Below, one piece after another: positions 49,242-61,965 of a DNA stretch of 64,000 nucleotides. A program made the translations under genes and the position numbers. Position 1 is the first letter of the stretch, and every line of letters begins with the position of its first letter. Source of the stretch: Lama guanicoe (taxonomy: Eukaryota); contig MU054187.1 of the NCBI GenBank assembly GCA_013239625.1, positions 7,265,757-7,329,756 on the forward strand, read 5' to 3'. Below the pieces are notes generated by a model, which was not told the DNA's origin, did no database searches, and worked only from the letters and a program-made list of their open reading frames with translations.

Positions 49242-49817
49242 AGTTCAAACTAGTTGGCATGATTTTTTTGGAATCATGTTTTCATTTACTTTAATTATAA
49301 TACATTACAAAAAAATACATAAATTCTTCAATACTGTGAGGAATTAATCATCAGCTCTGTGAAGTGAGAATTTCTACCTCATCTTTCTGCCTTTCTTCTC
49401 AGAAAGAAAAAATAAGTCTAGGACATAAGACCCTTCTGTGTTTCCCATAATTCTGCAGAGTTTATTTTCGCTTTCCTTCTCTGGAAAGTGAACTTAAAAT
49501 TCAAGAACCAATCTAATTCATGCCTTGGTTCTCACTGTTCTGCTTCAAAAATACAGGAATTCTTCTCTGGTCATAACTCTTCAACTCTTATTTTGGCAGC
49601 ACTTCTTCTGAATTGATTAGTAGTGTCAGTATTTCCTTTTCATTCAATTCCGCAAATATGTGATGGACATCGGTGCTTAGGCAGGTGAGAAAGGACGTTC
49701 AAGTGAAAAGTATGTAATTTTTCCTTTTCTGCTATCTTCTCTCAGCACAAGTTAGCCTTGTGTTTCCTTTCATCTGTCTTTCTCTAAGAACATAATATTG
49801 ACTAGAACGGAGTGGGT

Positions 49818-49992
49818 ACAGTCCTCCCCCTGTGTCCATGGGAAGTTGGATCCAGGAGCCCCCATGGATCCCCAAATCCTCCATGCTCAGGTCCCTTCAA
49901 TAAAACAGCACAAACACGAACACAGTCACCTCCCACCCAACACACCCCGTGTCCGCGGATGTGGCAGCCTACGGATACGGAGGGGCCAACTG
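49818..49992 (+). mobile_element. MER2-like TcMar-Tigger MITE
   Basis: Ends 'cagtcctccccctgtgtccatggg' and 'cggatacggaggggccaactg' form degenerate TIRs; internal 'atgctcaggtcccttcaataaaa'. Confidence 0.7.
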
Positions 49993-52804
49993 CATTTTAA
50001 GCTACTTGATAATCTGTTTCTCTAAGAAAACAATACAATTGATGGAAATCATCAAACGTTTTGTAGTTAGATTTCATCATCTATTTCTCCTAGGCGCAGT
50101 GTGAGTGTGTTTGTGTGTGTGTGAAAAAGAGAGAAACAGAGGCGGAAACCTTCCAGGTACTACTCATTAAACAATCTCCCATGAAGTGACTTCCACACTG
50201 ACAAGCGCTGGTTCTACTCTTGTGCCTGCAAATCTGGCAGCTGACGCTGATAACTGAGATCAGATTGGCTGCCTTATCCGTGCAGTACACACACATCCAC
50301 ACACAAACTTCACTCAGTACATCCCTTTCTGACAATCGCATTGTTAGAACGCACCATGTGACCCACTTCCCTGAAGGATAAATGTGTAGGATTATTATCG
50401 GGAGTGAGAGTTTGAAAGAAGTAAGATGCCTGGGACCACATGTTCTTTCTCTGTAAGATCAGCCTGTAGTGTTGAAAGGACCTCAGCTATTGGTTTGTTC
50501 AATTCAGAGAGAAGATGGAGGCTGGTACCTGCCAGGGATTGTCCCCGGTCCCATCCGGTCTGCTAGGCAAGCTTTCGGTCCAGCCTTCTTTCCTCTGCAT
50601 TTGGTGGCCATTGGATGTCACAAGGGCAGACGGAACCGGGCCTTGGCTGTTGACTGCAGTCTGATGATGTTTTTCACATGGGCTCCAGGCCCTGGTGGTC
50701 ACTCTTTGGGCAGCTAAGAAAGATACATGCTCCCCCTTCACTTCCCCTCTGCCTGGATCTCAGCATCAGAGAGCCCCCCATTCAGTGGGCTCACATCTTA
50801 GCACTTTGTCTTCTCAGGACAAACAAAAAATTCCAGGCCTCAAGCCACTGCTCTTTGGTTCCTCAAGACAAGAACAGCTCAGTCCTGCCTGCCTTCTTTT
50901 TTCACTCATGGTTTCAACATAATTCTGCCTGCCCTGGTCCAGCCTTCTCGCGCTTTTTTGTCAGCCAGAAGGTAGTTGACTTTTAACTACCAAGCATCAG
51001 TCTCTTCTAAAGACTTTTGTTCCTGAGAAGTGAGTTTGTAAATAGTTGCTTGGAGTCCCTTTTTAACTGCCTCCCATGGTTTCACTTCTTTAAACCTCTT
51101 TATTTTTAAATGGAATTAACTCTCTTCCACTCCTGGCATCTTAAATCTTTTTTAAACCTAAAATAGCAGTCACTGAATGCCGTTTTACAGAATAGTTTAC
51201 TCGGGTCCCCTGTGTAGTATGAAGCCAAGAGCCTCATCATGGCATCCATTCCTGCTGCATTCAGATCATGATGGTACAAATTGAACATTCTACACGTGAA
51301 GGGCGATTAGCCTTCCCGCTCCTTCATCATAACTTGCACTGTGTTGTGCAGGCCTCTCTTTGCACCATCCAGGGGTTTCAGTATTATGAATTGTCGCACT
51401 TAACCCACTTATTCAACCAATACCTATAAATATTTATCTAGGTCCTTCCATGGCTCCTTATTTTTGCCATCACTCTACATAAGAAAATTAGTTTCCTGTG
51501 CAAAACATTTTAAAGCAAAATAGAGTGTACAGAGCACAACGTTAAATAATCTTAGAGAATGGAAATTGGGGCAATTCATGCAGCATGCTTAAGCTGTTTT
51601 TATAGGGCAAGCAAAGCTCATGAATTCCATCTTATTTATTATTTTTAAACCATTTGTTTAGTGTGGTGAATAAAGAAAAAAAAATCGATTGATCTTTAGA
51701 TTTTGTAACAGCACAGAGAAAAGCCATCGATTACGGAACTCAAATATCCAAAGTTCACCCAGAAATCGAAACCGCCTGGCCCTTTGTAAAGTTCTGGTTG
51801 TGCTCTGGGCCGGTGAACACTTTGTTCTAAAGTCTCCGAGCTTGGGTCATGTCAGCCCGATTCATCTCTGTCAAGAAAGAAGTATAGGGGAGGGTCAGAA
51901 GGAGGGCTTCTGATCCCGTTTTCTTCTTTCCTCTTTTGTTTCAGGGCCCCTTGGCCATCAACCCTCCTAGATTTTATTCTGCCTGATCTTCACATTTCCA
52001 TATCTATAAATACGGGAAGCATGAAAATTAAACCTCTTAAGAAAGTAGACTTTCCCTGCAAACCTAAGATGCTCACAGCCCAGGGTACCACGAGCATCAG
52101 TGATAACTGCGAAAAGTCTTGTTTTCTTGTAAAGACATGGATATCCCAGTTTCCTCCAGTCTAACTCAAAGGGAATTGGGGTATTAACACTTCAAAATAC
52201 TTCTAAGTCTTTAGGGGAAAATCTGAAGCGAAGAGTATTAATTTCCTAAAGCGAAATGCCTGTTTTAGTCTCTTTTCAGAATAACAATAGTTATTTCTCA
52301 TCCCGCGGTAGAAGTGTGTAGGTGAGAACTTCCCCTGAGACGTTCCCGATCTGAAAACACTAAGGGATTTCTGCCCTTGTAGATGAAAAGACGAGGAAAC
52401 GTGATCTTCTCCGTTGTGCTTACTTTTCAAGTTTTTCTGAGACTCCTTGACATGTGACAAGACCTCTGCTTCCAGGCAGCCTCTGCCCACAGCAGAACCG
52501 AGAACCGAGGCAAAAACAGGAAAGGTCTCTGACCATCCCAAGCATGTTATCAAATCCAGCTCTGAAACTCCTGAGTTTTTTCCATAGAAAAGTTCCCCAA
52601 CCCTTTGTTTAAATCCTGTTTACTCTTAATTTACATACAATTCTAATTATCTTAATGATGCTGTTTTCTATCACATGACAGATTTCAAGCAGAAGATCAG
52701 AAAGATGGGTATTGTATAAAATAAGCAGAAATACGTACAATAATTTAACATACTCTCCCTAACTAAACGAACAGAGATAGAAAATTACTATAAAAACCTA
52801 CAGC

Positions 52805-52937
52805 GAAAAATAATGCAACAATGAATATAAGTATGTTCATGTATAACTGAAAAATTGTGCTCTACACTGGAAATTGACTCAACATTGTAAACTGATTATA
52901 ATTCAATAAAAAAAGTGAACTTCAAAAAATAAAAAAT
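52805..52937 (+). mobile_element. Short young L1 3' end, same family as 13953-14070
   Basis: 'tatgttcatgtataactgaaaaattgtgctctacactggaaattgac'; TSD aaaaacctacagc (52792-52804) / aaaaatctacagc (52938-52950). Confidence 0.88.
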
Positions 52938-55348
52938 AAAAATCTACAGCACAGCTGTCTGGAAAGATACAAGGTGAGAATGAATACACTTGGTAGAGTC
53001 TGTGGGCAACATTGTGCTGCTTCCAACAATAGCATTTTATTCCTATAATGATCAACCCAGATTATCAGTAAAAAGGTTTTTTGGTAAATTAGGAACAGGA
53101 ACCCCTTAATCAAGATACTTTCATTTGTCCTAAAATATATTACTGATTTTTATTTAAATTAGACACTTCATCAGCTGGAAAATTTCTCAAATAACCATAC
53201 AGAGCTTCAAAGTCTGTAATTTGAATGGAAACCCTTTAAATGTGGCGTCGCAGGGCCTGTATAACAGCACAGCTTTATACATTGGCCCTGTTGTGGGTAC
53301 AGTCTTCCTAAATAATTAGGTGCATACATTCGATTTTGGAAAACTCACCGTTCAAAATGGTTAAAATAAAGACGCTTAGGTATTTAAAAGATTAAAGTAT
53401 CAGTAGTACCCAAGACATTCCCCAAATATTCTGAATAGGAGCCGTGCTCTTGTGAGCCACTCTCTCCGGAGGAAAAAAAAAATGAACAGATTCTCAAGAC
53501 TGTGGGCCTTGGAATTAGCTCTCCGCAACTTTCCCTTCCAGTAAATTCTCTCCCACCTTGTAGTTGCAAAAGTACCTCTTCTAGTAGACTGCCCTGATTT
53601 TTTCAGTTGCAAAAATATTCAAGTCCTGGGATGTTTCACGGACAAGGGAAGCCTTTGCAGAAAGCAGGAGGGGCGGGGGCTTCCCCGCCCCCATCCCCCC
53701 ACCCCCACCCCGGGCAGTGTTTACCCTCCTCCTCCATTCCCCAGAGCACTCCTCCTGGGGGCGTTCTTGGCCTATCAGCCGTCTGTGGAAGGAAATCTCT
53801 TCTCTCTTGATAATGGCAGCTTCTCACACACTGGGACGTCTTCATTCATAGACGAGTCTGATTTGCACTTTGGTGTGTCAAACTGACCACATGCAGAAGG
53901 TACTCCTGGTCTCGAAGCTTCTCTGCAGGTAGGTACCCTTCTAGCCTCTGGTCCACCATCTCCGTGGTGGAGATTGGCCTCTTGGAAGCTACACCACGTG
54001 GCAGAATCCCCTGGTGGCGACCGAAGGCTGCTGCTTCTTCCCCTCAGAACACCCCGCTGCGCGCCTCCGGACCGCGAGGGGCTGTGCAGGCACCAGAGAT
54101 ACACAGGAAAACCCCAGGAGAGTTTGCCCACCAGCAGCTCCCAGTCCGGGGGGGAAGAGGCCTATTAACGCCACGCCCCTGGACAACGCCAGCTTCTGCG
54201 CTGCACAAGCCGGGCCTGGCGGGGGAGCCCGGGGCTCTCCTTCCTCCAGATGCTGGGTCCCAGCCTCCCCAGCAGGAAGGACCCCCTCCACAGCCTCCTT
54301 CCGTCTCTCCCTGTGACTCAGCACTCAGTGAGCATCTACCTTGCACCGGAAGCTGCGGGAGTGACAAAAACAAATCAAACGCACGTCCTTGCCTTGAGAC
54401 GGTTACACAAGAAATCCTAGTAGCTTTCAGGTGGTCATAAGCTGCTTCCTTTGGGTTCGGCCCCCATAAGTGACACCTGTTCACTCTATCAGACTGAGAT
54501 CTCACTCGGCCACAGGCTACCCGGTTCGCCTGGGCAGACCTGTGCCTGATGCTCTGTTGTGACTCGGGATGGTAGAGCAAATGGACAAAGTGAGCCCCCT
54601 ACTGCCCGGGACCGGGATAACAACTCCGGAACTGCAGTCACGCGTTTCAGAGGGACCTAAGCAGGCGTGAAGGATCTCTGCCTTCACAGCAGAGATACCA
54701 AGTCTACAGCGACTCGCAAACAAAGGCAGTCAGGGCCACCACGCCCTCAGTCACATCAACAGACATTTTTTTGTTCCATCCGGTGGCCCGTGGGTGGTGC
54801 GCCAGGGCCTAGTTTGATGGGTCAGTGTTTAAATAAAACCCGGAGCAGATGGGTAAGGGCACTCAGTAAAGGGGCAAAAGCAGGCTTTTCAGTATTATTG
54901 TTTTTATTATTTATTACTGCAAGAGGACAGCAGTATTGAAAGGGTTAGAATGCCTCTAAGTCTCTTTGTTTCTGTGACCAACGGAATGAGTTTGCGCTCC
55001 CGTTTGTAATATCAACTCTGCCATCTTATGGAAAATTTGGGAAGCATGGAAGGCTTCGCACCATGTTTCAAAACAAGGATCTGCTGGTAAGAAGACAAGG
55101 ACGGTGCACCTGCTGTCTGTTTCTACATGTTTTTAACCTTTACCATTTTTACCAACAGATGTCATTTAAAAAAAGGAAAAACTTTCAATCTTGAACAATT
55201 CTTAGATTACTTGCCAGCCAAGGTGTGTCCCCATCTTGACATTGCAACTTAATGTAAAAATCTCCAATAATATTTTTACCAATATGAATTTCTACTGCCC
55301 CTTAACACTGTGTAGTGACTTCACTGTATATTAACTTCTTTTCTACAG

Positions 55349-55680
55349 ATAATTGAGCTACCAGATGAATCAACTGAAAAGGTCGAATTCTGTTAGGAAC
55401 CCTCCTGTATGATGTTGGTAGCCTGTGGAAAATGAATGCCTTTTTTTCTTATATAAACTGGTAGTAAAACTTGTTTTCATAATTCCTTTTTACATTTTTT
55501 GTGCATATAACACTTGTGTATTATACTCGTATTCCAAAGTGACCAGAAAGTGTTATTTAATAGAAACTGCATACATTTTTTTATGTCTCTATGGACCCTT
55601 TCTGGGTACATTTACAATAAATTAGCAGTACAATAGATTATTCTTTTCAATGATGAATAAAAATGTACATTGAAGTAAAA
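55349..55680 (+). other. NKAIN3: Probable alternative distal terminal exon of NKAIN3
   Basis: Branch-like 'ttaac', acceptor 'ttcttttctacag', then ATAATTGAG (IIE, the recalled end of a human NKAIN3 isoform); poly(A) signals about 270-310 nt downstream. Confidence 0.55.
55616..55661 (+). terminator. Tandem AATAAA polyadenylation signals
   Basis: AATAAA at 55616-55621 and 55656-55661, upstream TGTA motifs, T-rich element 'tattgttttt' downstream. Confidence 0.55.
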
Positions 55681-57226
55681 GATGACTATTGTTTTTAATA
55701 AGTTTTCTCCCCATTCTAGTATGTATTTATTACAGTGAAATTAGAAAAGGCATGCATCGTGAATGTTCTTCCATTCTTCGGAGTTCAAGGAGTTAGCCCT
55801 GTATTTCATAAACAAATGAAAGTTACATCTCAGGCTCTAGGAAGCCCAGTCCCTTCCCCCACGGATTTCCAGGCATCCCTGGGGAGAGTTCAAGTGCTCC
55901 ATAAATCCACACAGGTGCTGCTTGGATGGGCTCCCTGCAGACAGCCGCTCACGGCCGCTCTGCCAATGACTCTGACTTCCTCGTAACGTCCTCTTGTCCC
56001 CACGGTTCACCCCAGGCAACTTCTCCCCAAAGCAGGAACTCCAGGGCTTTATTTCCCACGCAAAGCTGAAACCAACCTTTGTAACTGATAAATTTTGCTA
56101 AGGTCTGACAAGAAATAAGAGGATTACATCCCAGAAAGAAAAGCTTGAAACTACATCTCAGGTACCAGTGGGCCTGGGGTCATTCTGAATTCACCTTCGG
56201 GGCCGTCTCTGCAGCCCCTCACCTCTTCAACTCCCGCCTGGTCCCTCCTCCCAGGAGACCCGTTGATTTCTGCACTGTTTCCAGTAGGGTTGTCAAAATA
56301 CCCTCTCCTCACCCCAATCAGGGTGTAAAATCTCCTTAACATCAGCGTAATCTCCAGAGATTATTGAAGAGAGTACTTCCCAGAGTACTAAACATCTGGC
56401 CTGAGGCGTGTGCACTAGGATTCTATTCTCAAATCGGGCTTCCCCAAGAACAGTGAATGAATTTGTCTTGAACCAACTGACTAGCAACTCACAGTGGGCT
56501 CATCCCAGAAAAAGGAGGGGAGGGGTACTGGGATGCATGGGAACTCGAGTTTTGCAATTTTTCTATAATTCTAAAACTGAGTTTATTTAAAAGATGGGGG
56601 CGGAGGGGGTGTTTCAGTGGTGTAGTCCAGATTCTGCCCTCAGAGATGCAAGTACAACATAAAAGACAACACATTTTCCCCTTTTCCATTTATCAAAAAA
56701 CTTGAAATGTAGTCAAGTCTCAAGGCTCCCATGTGCTTTCAAGCAAAATAAAGAAACATTTAAATTGCTTTTCTTATTGCCTTTTCCCTCAAATGGGAGT
56801 TTGAATTTCTAAGCCTAACTGGACACAGAGAAATCATATTAGCCACTCCTATAATCTAATCACGGCTATGAATTTAAACAACGGACTAGCATATATTCCT
56901 TCCCTACACTAAGCTTATGTTGAATTTTATTTTTCCTCCATTTTTCACTTGTGTGACAATAACTTAAATATCATCTCTTAGCCTATCCTCTCCAATCCCA
57001 CTGCCACTGGTACCAGGAAAAGGGAAATAAGAATTACCTCGGTTCTTAGTCACCCAAAAAAAAGCATTTCTGACGAGAGACGAAAAGCGTGATATAAGCA
57101 AGATTTTCTTAGTAAAGTAAAAAAATAGCGAAGGATCGTGCACTCCCGAGAATCGGGAGCGGGCCAAGCCAAGAGAAAAGAAATGGCACCCTTCCCTCCT
57201 TTTTCCTGTTTTTATATCCTGGTTTC

Positions 57227-57258
57227 GTGATTGATTGATTGATTGGTTGGTTGATTGA
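57227..57258. repeat. (GATT/GGTT)n tetranucleotide repeat
   Basis: tgattgattgattgattggttggttgattga. Confidence 0.85.
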
Positions 57259-60200
57259 CAGCTCAGGCTCCTCATGTTCTGGATTGTTCTTTCCTCTACT
57301 TCTCCCCCTGCCCAGTGCTCATTTCTATCTAAACTACCTAACACCACCACCTTCATTCTGACCCTCAACGTCTCTTATTTAAACATCCTGCTAATGGAGC
57401 TTAGACCCTCCACTTTTCCCTAAAAGCTCTGGGGTCAGCACACCAGTAAGTCTGAGGGGTGTTTTATTACCCTGTGTAAAATCTTAGAATAAAGAATCAG
57501 ATTCAAACTCCTTCGCTTGAAATATAAGATCTATCATCTGACCCTACATACAATGTCAGCCTTGCCTCTTACTGCTCCCTTTGTCACATTCTCTGTGTCT
57601 CTTTCACATTCTTGTCCAAACATTTCTCCTGCTTTTTCATGCTTCTGTTACATGGAAGCCCTTTTCTGTACGTAGAACGCTCATATTGTCTCGAAGGCTA
57701 GATATGTTTCACTCAATCTTCAAGACCCAAGTCAAATGTTATCCCACTGAAAACCCACATGTAATTATGGGGCTCTCACTCGTGGAAGATTCTGAATTTA
57801 GTGGACAGAATGGGTCTCCTTCTACTCTGAGAACTTCCGTTCTGCTTCCATAGTTCCATGTTGAACTCTAACTGCACTGACTACATTCTGAGTGTCCTGA
57901 GTGCTTTACGAATGTGAATCACATTAGCTTTTTGGCAGTCATATTACCCTGCTCAATCTTACTAATTTTGTCATCACCTCGAGCCATAAGCTTGGGGGGT
58001 TTTCCCTCCCACACGCTTCTATTGTCAAGTAGAAACTCCCCACCCTGCGTATCTGCCCGATAGGTTTATTAGACTCAATTTTAGGTACTCATATTGACTC
58101 CTAGCAAACTTAATTTTCTTAGATTCAGCCAATCATTTCAATAGGATCATGTCATTTTAACTTCCAATTTTTTAGATCAAACTATTGGTTATTCTTCTCA
58201 AATTCACGTGACTTACACATGTAAAAAGATGTTTATTTTTTTATGCAGAGGCTACAGATTGTTGAATAGGGTGAGGTAGACAGAGATTACGGCTGAATTA
58301 CCACATATTCCCATCTGTCAGACCTCAAATGCCTCCTTCGAATCTGAGATAATGCTCTCCTTTAGAGCATCGTCCTGAAACCCAGATTCATCATTTTCCT
58401 AATCTCTCTAGTGCAGTCTAAAATCTTAACTGTATGAAGAAGAAATGATGTATCTGACCTGAATTCATATTAGTTCTTAACCACCACAACTGGTTTTTAC
58501 AAGATTTTATGCATAGTATCTTAGCGTCTTACTTAGGATTTTCACTAAATCATCAGTTTATGATTTGTAAAGTCTGCTTTCTTCCACTTTCTAAACATTC
58601 TCGCATTGGTTGTCCATTCTCAGCCTTCTAGCTTCTCTTTCACCCTCTGAGAGCCTCCCAGTTCACCGAGAGCAATGATCTTGCCTGCAGTGTTATTTAT
58701 TTAACTTTTCAACAAGTAGCCATTGAATGTCTATAATGTACCAGACTCTGTGCTGGACACGGGCGTTAGCCATGAGCCAAACAGATACGATTCCTCCAGT
58801 TAAGAGATTCACATGGTGATTCTCTGTGTCTTGAATGGTTACAGTTTAGGAATCCAGCTAGATCTTTATTTCAACTATGTGGGACTTCAACTGACATTTA
58901 CCAATGTTTGTGTGGGACGTTATCCTTTTTGTCAGAGAAAGTGAAGAAATGCTGACCATTAGTCTTGTGCAATTATAAAATCTCCTAAAGACTAAAGAAA
59001 ATTTCCAGGGACTCGGTCTCTAGCAGCCGTCAAGAAGATCACATCTTGATGAGCAAAGACAAATCCAATAATCCCAGGGTTTGTAAACTTGGAGCAAACC
59101 AATGAACAAATGAAAAATAAATTCAGGTGGAGGTCATGCTGTGAAAACAGAAACAGACTGATGTGATGGAGAGCGAAGGGACGTGGAATGGGGCCCTATC
59201 TTGGACACAGTGGTCAGGTGACACCTCTTATTTCACTGCAAGTGCAAACACTCTGAGTCAAGAAAGAAGAGGACACAAGCAAGGAACTGGACAGAGCCCT
59301 CGTGGCTGGAGTACAGTGAGCGTGGAGGAGAGATGTGGGAAAAGACTGGGAGGCGGAGGGCAGAGGGTAGCGGCCAGACTCACAGCCTTGTAGGTCAGTG
59401 CAAGTGGCGGTTTCATTCTGTGAGAAACCGCTGGAGGGTGTCTGGCCCCACTGGCACCATGGAAGTCGAGTCACATCCAAACCTACCTCTCTGAGTACCA
59501 CATACCCCCAAATACTAGGAACTGCATGCATCTTTAAAAACCAAAATGTTGGCAAAGAACAAGGGCGCTGCACTATGCCTCTTACTTCAACAGAGATTTG
59601 ATTTCATTTTCTCCTTTGAAAATACACTGATGCCCACACAGAGCAAAGTAGGTGCTTATTCAGATCGCAGTGACACACAATAAATGATCCCTGACGTTCG
59701 TCAATACGTTGGAAATGGAGATTCAATCATAAGAGACATTTCTGCTTCCAGACTATGTAGAAATGACTTCATTAGGTTTGCTTTCAAAAAGTATTTTCCC
59801 CAAAAGCTGATGCCTCCTTAAACGGCTGTGTGAACAGGCTCCGATGAAGACCTGCATGGATTGGAGCATCAGCACTAATGGTGCCTTGCTCTGTCTTCGT
59901 TGTTTTGGTGACGAGGAATAAAAGAAGACCAGATATCTTCAGTTAACTTCAGTTAATGCTGTCCTTTTAGAGCTCTTCATTGAACAATTCCTTCAGGGAT
60001 AATGTGTCCTGGGGAATAAAACCAGCTGAAGCAGTTTCCCTGAGTTGCGGGCACGGTTACAGAGCAAACATTTTAGGAGGACGGAGGAGCGGGCAGTCAG
60101 AGAGGAAGTGCTGCTTAGGGTACCACCGCATCCCACGCACTGCACTGGCCCCATCCCCCCTCCTGTCTTCCCTGGCCTCCCTCCCTCCCATCTCTAATCT

Positions 60201-61469
60201 TTCTGCATTTCTGATGTTTCCATCCACCCCAGTTCCATCACTCCCTCACTCCGTGTCTTTGAGCCAGTGAAGTTCTCAGAGCCTGAGGTTTCTTACGTAC
60301 AAAAGGAGGCTGACACCGATCCCATCTGGTCGTTAAGTGAGAAACTATACGGAAAGTGGGTAACACAGGCTCTGACGTGAGTCCCCTAGAACATTAGTCT
60401 TCCCTCATTCGTTTTCTTATTCTTTTGTTAGAGTAGGCAGATAGCTAGATATGAGCAGAGAAAGGGGAGCATGGGCCAAATGGCAGGAAATCATACATCT
60501 TGTGAACAATGGGGGTCTTTGGGCAGAAACAGAAAAGCAAGAACCTCTGGACTGGTAAAAAAAAAAAATCACACATTTTGGGTGACAAGTGTACTGGAGG
60601 ACAACAAAAAATAATGGGAAAAAGCAGGAATCGCCAATGTCCGAACGTAACCTTTTGCTCATCATGCCCTCATTACAATAAAATTAGCCTTGCCGATTAG
60701 AAGTGCCCATCGTGCACCAACGCCATGACACTTGCCATCCAGACTAAGTAAGGGGGCTGAAAGTCTCCCCTTCCCCTCGTGAGGGTGCAGCTGGGCTGAG
60801 AATCAGGGAACACATCCCAAACTCCTCCCCCTCCAGCGGCCGTCCCGCCCATTCACTTTCACACTCTGTGTGACCAGAGCGTCAAAGAAACTCAGAGCAT
60901 TCACTGCCCTCCGGGATGGCGGGGAAGGAAGACCCTCGCTCTCACTTCTCACCCTCTGTTGTGCTAAGTGTGGAGTCGGGTTGTTGCCAAACAAAAACCC
61001 AAGGAAAGCTACCTGGATCTACCAGTGTCAGCAGATACATGAAAGAAGGCAGACTGGGGACGGGTGACCGAGGAGCAGGAAGAGGGCAAGGTCTGGGAGA
61101 GCCTGCAGGAGCAGAGAGGGCAGGGGGTTGGAGGGACCACGGAACTTACTGCGCGAGGTCCACAGAGTGTGGCAAGAAATCCCAGGGTACTCGTGACCAT
61201 GCACTCGCCCCCCTCCTCCACAGCCCCATAAAAAAATAAAATGGAAACTTCCACTAAAGACCTATCACTCCTCAGTGCTTTTGGAGTCAGATTTATGTTC
61301 CTGTGTGTGCTGGGCTGACAGGGGATTTGAGTGGGAAGCAAGAAAGCCTCAACTGCAAGTTAAAGGTCATGCCTCTGGAATTAGTTGAAGATTGAGGATT
61401 TTTAGGATTAAGAGAAAGCTTCCACAAAATAACTCTCCTATAGTCTCCAGGAATTCAAGGTCATGAACG

Positions 61470-61965
61470 ATAAAGACTGAGGAAAAGATTAAGGGAGACT
61501 GAGAAGACATGACAACTAAATGCAGCACGTGGTTCTGGATTAGATCCCTGACCACCCCGCCCCAACACTTTTTTGTTTCATTTGCTCTAAAGACCAACAG
61601 CAGGACAACTGCCAAGATTTTAATAGTTTGTTGATGTTGATAATTACACAGTATCATGTAAGAAAATATTCCTGTTCTTAGAAAATATACATTGAAGTAT
61701 TTCAGGGTAAGAGGTAACACACCAGCAATTTAATCTCAGGTAGTTTAAAAAAAAATGTGTGTGTGTGTGTGTGTGTGTGCGCGTGTGGGCGTATGCATAC
61801 ATAGTGCACATAGACACACATACACAAAGCAGAGACAGAGAGCACGATAGTGCAAACATATAAAATGTTAACAACTGGGTAATCTGTGTCAAAGATAGAT
61901 GGGAATTCTTTGCATAGGGATTGCAAGTTTTCTGTAAGAACAAATTAATTCAAAATTAAAAGTTT
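61470..61965 (+). mobile_element. Old L1MC-type 3' UTR containing a (GT)n run
   Basis: 'agattaagggagactgagaagacatgacaactaaatgcagc...cctgttcttagaaaatatacattgaagtatttcaggg...aaatgttaacaactgggtaatctg'. Confidence 0.75.

Noticed and set aside
56852..56862. Perfect DUX4-type motif TAATCTAATCA
   Set aside because: Single AT-rich 11-mer about 45 kb from the ARGFX copy; plausible by chance and no supporting context.
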